Shown one piece after another: positions 58,111 through 64,000 of a DNA stretch of 64,000 nucleotides. The position numbers and the translations under genes are program-made. Positions within the stretch are counted from its first letter, which is position 1. Each line of letters opens with the position of its first letter. The notes under the pieces were generated by a model that did not search any database, was not told the origin of the DNA, and was given only the letters and a program-made list of their open reading frames with translations. The stretch is from Eledone cirrhosa (lineage: Eukaryota): NCBI GenBank assembly GCA_964016885.1, contig OZ024750.1, forward strand, positions 51,584,001 to 51,648,000. The letters are read 5' to 3'.

Positions 58111-59058
58111 ACACTCCCTTGTCACAATGTACCCCATCTCTATAACTCACTCAGTCGAGTCCCACTCCGTTGTCACAATGTACCCATCTCTATAACTCAC
58201 TCAGTGGAGTCCCACTCCCTTGTCACAATGTACCCCATCTCTATAACTCACTCAGTCGAGTCCCACTCCGTTGTCACAATGTACCAAATCTCTATAACTC
58301 ACTCAGTCGAGTCCCACTCCGTTGTCACAATGTACCCCATCTCTATAACTCACTCAGTCGAGTCCCACTCCGTTGTCACAATGTACCCCATCTCTATAAC
58401 TCACTCAGTCGAGTCCCACTCCGTTGTCACAATGTACCCCATCTCTATAACTCACTCAGTCGAGTCCCACTCCGTTGTCACAATTTACCCCATCTCTATA
58501 ACTCACTCAGTCGAGTCCCACTCCGTTGTCACAATTTACCCCATCTCTATAACTCACTCAGTCGAGTCCCACTCCGTTGTCACAATTTACCCCATCTCTA
58601 TAACTCACTCAGTCGAGTCCCACTCCGTTGTCACAATGTACCCCATCTCTATAACTCACTCAGTGGAGTCCCACTCCGTTGTCACAATGTACCCCATCTC
58701 TATAACTCACTCAGTCGAGTCCCACTCCGTTGTCACAATGTACCCCATCTCTATAACTCACTCAGTCGAGTCCCACTCCGTTGTCACAATGTACCCCATC
58801 TCTATAACTCACTCAGTCGAGTCCCACTCCGTTGTCACAATGTACCCCATCTCTATAACTCACTCAGTCGAGTCCCACTCCGTTGTCACAATGTACCCCA
58901 TCTCTATAACTCACTCAGTCGAGTCCCACTCCGTTGTCACAATGTACCCCATCTCTATAACTCACTCAGTCGAGTCCCACTCCGTTGTCACAATGTACCC
59001 TATCTCTATAACTCACACAGTCGAGTCCCACTCCGTTGTCACAATGTACCACATCTCA
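58111..59058. repeat. 51-bp minisatellite, about 18 highly homogeneous copies
   Basis: TTGTCACAATGTACCCCATCTCTATAACTCACTCAGTCGAGTCCCACTCCG. Confidence 0.98.
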
Positions 59059-59330
59059 ATTGTTAAAACAGTTTCATCTTCTGATATTATTATGTCTACG
59101 TTTGCTTCCTCTTTTGAATTTCCAGTTGTTATTTTGAACGAGATAAATTGTTCTTCCCACCAAGGAAGCCAAATATGTTTTCATCTTTTCCGTTTAAACT
59201 GAGCAGTTAGCAATTCACGCTTCCTAGAATGTTCTATCAAGGAGTTAATATGAGTTAACAATGCTTCATGAAATATATGGAGTAGATCTTAGTCCTCTTA
59301 ATATAGTTTCCTCATATAAAGAGAGAGACT

Positions 59331-59500
59331 TAACCCTCAGTGACTGCAGGAGCTCATTTCTTTTCTGCTGAATAGGTTAATGCAATATAAAATGAAGTAT
59401 CTTGCTCAAGGACAGAACACATCACCCGGACAATGAATCTAACCCACGATTTCATGACCGTTAACCAAACATTTTGGCCACTAGGCTGCATGCTTTCACA
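59331..59500 (-). mobile_element. degenerate SINE (CTTGCTCAAGGACA-type)
   Basis: GAAGTATCTTGCTCAAGGACAGAAC motif. Confidence 0.55.
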
Positions 59501-60718
59501 AAAACATGATATGAGCAAAAATATATGGAAAATTTAGCAAATAAAACAATCTTTTATTTCGACAAAGCACGGCATTTAATCGATTTCCCAATATTTTTTG
59601 ACATAGGTATAGATTCACGACCGTTTTACAGGAAAGGGTTATAACTGATCATATCGATCACATTATTTTGCAGATAATTTGTTTCATCGACCTCGGAAAG
59701 ATGAAAGACAAAGTTAGACAGAGTGCTGTTTGAACTCAAATTTTAAAAGAAAATACAAACATGGCTGTCTAGTTAGAACTATTTATTTCACAAATCAAGT
59801 GATACACGGTTGCATTCTTCTACATACCGCCTTTTGCATGGCTTCCATTGTACTCATGAGTTTATCAATACTTTGTAGTCGACGGAAACTGCGGGGAATA
59901 TCGTTGTCTATATATATATATGCATACATATATATATATATGGGAAAGAGAAAGTGTGTACGTTTGTGTGTGTGTGCGCGCGTGTGTGTTTCATCATTTC
60001 CTATTCAGTCATCTTCAAGACTTCGACGGGAGTTTTAACTCAGGGTACAGAAAGTCAAAACGAGCCCCCACAGAGCATTGCACCCGATGCTCTAACGATT
60101 CTCTTAATTCGCCATCTTTCCCTGATAATTATCTAACAAACAAATCTATCTTGATAATTAAATTGGTCTTCAATGAAGGGTGAATTAAGTTCCGTTCTCC
60201 CAGAGGAGCCACTAGGCATCACGATAATAGTATTAATCTAACTTTTAATTCATTCTTGGTAACAGACGATATTTCCTTCTAACATCTCACACTGCAAACT
60301 TCTACGACTTGCTCAACTTCCCCACTTAATGTTTGACGAAAGAGAATCGACATCCATCGGTTTCGAATAGGGAATGGAACAGACTTGTCGTGAAATTAAC
60401 GTGAAAGTGGCTGAGTATTCCAAAGCCTCTTGAATATTTAACATAATTCTCATAGTGCTGCAACCTGTGACTGCGCCTGCAAAGGTTGTCCCCTTGAATT
60501 ACTGGTACAGTCTATCCAACGTTACTTCCAGTTCCTGTCTATCCAAATACTCTCACACTCCTTAGATTGACCAGAGTAAACTTATACGATTGACATAATG
60601 GAACAAGTCTCCATCGTTTTCGACGATGAGTGTTCCAGTTGTTCGATCAATGGAATAGCACGTTCGTCAAGTTTACTGAGCAAGTGGCCGAGCATTCTAC
60701 AGAGTCGTGTTATAATCT

Positions 60719-60911
60719 ATCAATACAGTTATAAGCCATCAATACAGTTATAAACCATCAATACAGTTATAAACCATCAATACAGTTATAAGCCATCAAT
60801 ACAGTTATAAGCCATCAATACAGTTATAAACAGTCAATACAGTTATAAACCATCAATACAGTTATAAGACATCAATACAGTTATAAGCCATCAATACAGT
60901 TATAAGCCATC
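60719..60911. repeat. 19-bp minisatellite (ATCAATACAGTTATAAGCC), about 10 copies
   Basis: direct. Confidence 0.95.
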
Positions 60912-61335
60912 CATTACTCTTCTATAGACTTTCAATCTCTCCAGTTTCCCCCTCAATATTTCGGTTGACGAGAAGCTATCGTCAAGACAGTTAACTATAA
61001 GATCCTGCAGTAGGATAGAACACAGAATATCAAGATTGCAAAGCAACCTTCTTAAATCTTCCCCATATTGAGTCCATTAGATGAAACAGACATCCAATAG
61101 TCGGCTTCTATGTTCTTATATTTTGTTTTGTTCTTCAGGCTTTGTATAGTGGCCATGCTGAAGCACTGCCTTTAATGGTTTCTCTCAATCATATCGACAT
61201 CCAATAATTATTTCAGTCTGATAACATATTTTATTCGATCTATATTTATTGACTCACTACTTTACGCTGTACATTAAGCGAAACAACACCGGTTTGTAAC
61301 TGGAAGCATAAACACAGACACCGATTTCTATACAT

Positions 61336-61376
<41 letters not shown>

Positions 61377-61473
61377 TGTGTGTGTGTATCAATATATATA
61401 TATATGAATATATATAATATATATATATATATATATACATATATATCTATATATATATATATATATATATATA

Positions 61474-61565
<92 letters not shown>

Positions 61566-61674
61566 CACATATATATACACACACACACACACGCATATAT
61601 ATATATATACAAAAGTACACCATATTCGAAGTTCGAGTAGCAGCTAAGCCAACGAATGAACGAATGCCTTCAGC

Positions 61675-61705
<31 letters not shown>

Positions 61706-61948
61706 CATATATATATATTAAATTAGGTGTAGATGTTAAAAAGTCCTTGGTTAACTTCTACACCAAATTTAACATTTTCCTTATTCTACATTTACTCCGT
61801 CACTGACTAACAAATCATATTAGGAAGAAAATAAATGGCGTTGAGTGCTTCAATCGATTTGCATCATAATTCACTGATTGGTGCCTTACATAAGCAACTC
61901 CAGTTAATCAACATGTTCACCATAAGTATATGTATATATATATATATG

Positions 61949-62043
<95 letters not shown>

Positions 62044-62199
62044 AAATAAGACCGTTGATTGGCCTAATACGTAAACAAAACACACCTCAGAAAATCAAAA
62101 TTGGAACCAACCCTAAACCCAAGCCAGATATAAACCAATCGTCTATAAGTCAACAACATAAGCTGGGTCACTCCTATAAACTTGACATGGCCCGCAGAA

Positions 62200-62625
62200 T
62201 GTGTTCCTAGATTCTCAGAACTTTCCGGTCGATTGATATTCCATAAGCATTGCTCAAATGATGTTGGCATCACCTTTAATGTACACCCAAGGCTTGGGTC
62301 CCGTGCTATCCGCCCACAACAAAAATCTCACTCGCATCTCATAACAACAATACGGCACAATTATTTCACCTCAATTGACTCCGCTCTCTTTAACATTACA
62401 CCAAAACACATTAAAACAGAAACAGACCCCATAAAGTTGTAGAAGTCTTTGGACAAATTCCTTCAAGAAATCCCGAACCTCTACATCCGGATATGTCTCC
62501 GTAAATAATAACTCTCTACTTGAGTGGGCCATGGTGTCCAAATTCTGATTTGAAAGACTTCGCCATGTGGTGCTATTAAGTTAGACATGGCATGGGCCAA
62601 TACTGGCTGAAACCTATAAAAGTTA
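62200..62625 (+). mobile_element. CR1/L2-group LINE 3' end
   Basis: HPRLG..ALFNITPKHIK..KSLDKFLQEIP..GY..NNSLLEW. Confidence 0.65.
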
Positions 62626-62696
62626 TACTTAGCCCCAAACACCTTCCATATATGCTTTTAAACCAACCAGCGACTCACACAATCTACTGGAATGTA

Positions 62697-62737
<41 letters not shown>

Positions 62738-62875
62738 CGAAGGAAATATGGTAAGGAACCAGGTGGACCATAACGCACCAACGTACTCAATACTTAGGGT
62801 AGTAGAGTGAGTAATAGGAACGAGTAGGACCCCGACGAAACGGCTTGAGCTCAGCCGTCGGGGTCCTACTCGTTC

Positions 62876-62906
<31 letters not shown>

Positions 62907-63439
62907 AATAAATAATCGAGAATCGGAATCTCGGCCCACGAAATCACGAAACACAATCTTCGAAATGTGTGGCAGAGGGCTCAATAGTTTTGGTAAACCA
63001 GAGCTATAACTATCGTTTAAATACCAACAGATAGAGACAAAGCTCATATATATATATTATATATATATATAATTCGTTTTAGAATTTGTTTTGCGAGATT
63101 TCTTATCTGAAAACGTGTGTTGAAACAGATATTCTTATACTTTGGGAGGGTCATGCTGCCAATAAAACACAGGCACCTGTTGGATTTCACTTCATTTGTC
63201 TGAGCATTGCATCTTTTCTGTGTGTGGATATCCACACACAGAAAAGATGTAATGCTCAGACAAACTACAGGGGCAACAAATATAAACGAACTCCAACGAA
63301 AAGTAAACAGAAAACATGAGTGGAATAACAACATCACAACTAGTAATGAAGGTCAAAATGAAAACATACAGACACACAAAATAACCAAACTAACAAAACA
63401 AATCAGACACACACAGGTAGAACAAACAAACAACTAATA

Positions 63440-64000
63440 AGGCCCCTCTGATCGCATTTAGATCAGGATCACCGTTCCTTCCAATCACTCCTTTCCAAGT
63501 GATCAGTGCCAATATGTGCACTGGGGTCTCCCATAAAGATCTATTGCTCGGGCTTAATTATTCCTAACGTTGCAGTTCTTTCATCAAGGAAGGATCTGTA
63601 TTCATGACTCAAATTCTCTTTCTCAACCGGGGACTTGTGAGTATCCCTAGTCCCGCTATCATTTCTGGCACCACACCTTCGTCCAAATCTACCAGAGCCT
63701 CGGAACCTTCTTGAGGAAACCCCGACCCTATCTAGCCGATAACATCTGGCGTCCTCCACTAATTACAGCCCCTTACCTGTAACGGTTATAACTTTGTAAT
63801 TAACAATTGTTAAAGTTTGCTCACTTCTGAACACTCACAGGAGCGCAGGCCCATAGCCAGTTTTTACGACGTTGACCGAAGACTGCAATCGATGGAGCCC
63901 TTCTAGCTAAAGCCTGAACACATATCTTGTTACCCTATGCGAAGAAAGATGCAGTATGTTTGCTTTTGTCCATATTGCAGTTTTTGATGATCTTATTTAC
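63440..64000 (-). mobile_element. RTE LINE 5' region, endonuclease pseudogene
   Basis: YRLDRVG, AGLGILTSPRL, YRSFLDE, MGDPSAHIG, WKGVIGRNGDPDLN across frameshifts. Confidence 0.8.

Larger units (their letters stand above)
55560..59330 (-). pseudogene. candidate endogenous viral element: Mononegavirales-like L connector plus methyltransferase, interrupted by a 51-bp minisatellite and Chapaev3
   Basis: colinear INSLIEHS..KHIWL, WEESRGKLSNLNI, STSKTYQTL, YRGIIFYGE, GTIYSSV, KDLS, FFIADV, SSAAEIYLLV, compared with recalled VSV RLIEKG..QLWL, WGRESRGTITTIPV, YK, YRDFLSCGDG, GIFNSL, SDL, LIVMDM, SSQTSEVYMV. The frame continues across the transposon once one TTA is removed. Confidence 0.65.

Noticed and set aside
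58170-59202. 298-aa and 332-aa plus-strand repeat ORFs
   Set aside because: Artefact of a 51-bp unit lacking plus-strand stops; antisense to the likely ancestral frame.
57942-59290. In-frame TGA codons suggesting genetic code 4 (Mycoplasma or mitochondrial origin)
   Set aside because: TGG is used often, TAA and TAG stops also occur, and paralogous copies show a TGG/TGA difference (about 55233 versus 55518). Ordinary pseudogene decay explains it.

Overview
This is a repeat-dense, AT-rich animal window. The microsatellite load and SINE families look like an octopus-type cephalopod (inference). I found no intact host gene. The first 18.35 kb is mostly a 28-bp satellite (about 630 copies) with nested higher-order duplications. 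The rest is a mosaic: a near full-length but frameshifted Tx1/L1-clade LINE lying in TCTA/TC microsatellite, a deleted mariner, a Chapaev3 transposon with a TTA TSD, several Penelope-like RT/GIY-YIG remnants with minimal hammerhead-like motifs and palindromes, RTE and CR1-type LINE fragments, non-autonomous Helitrons, SINEs and simple repeats. The main hidden signal appears when tandem arrays and insertions are collapsed by hand. The leftover unique DNA at about 175-21360 (+), 55015-55380 (+) and 55560-59330 (-) then reads as decayed, intronless coding sequence. It carries colinear motifs of the connector and cap-methyltransferase region of a Mononegavirales (rhabdovirus-like) L protein, so these are candidate endogenous RNA-virus elements (EVEs). 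The 17.7-kb satellite and three minisatellites (15, 29 and 51 bp units) appear to have arisen from pieces of that viral-like sequence. The viral assignment rests on manual motif comparison with the VSV L sequence as I recall it and needs a database search to confirm.
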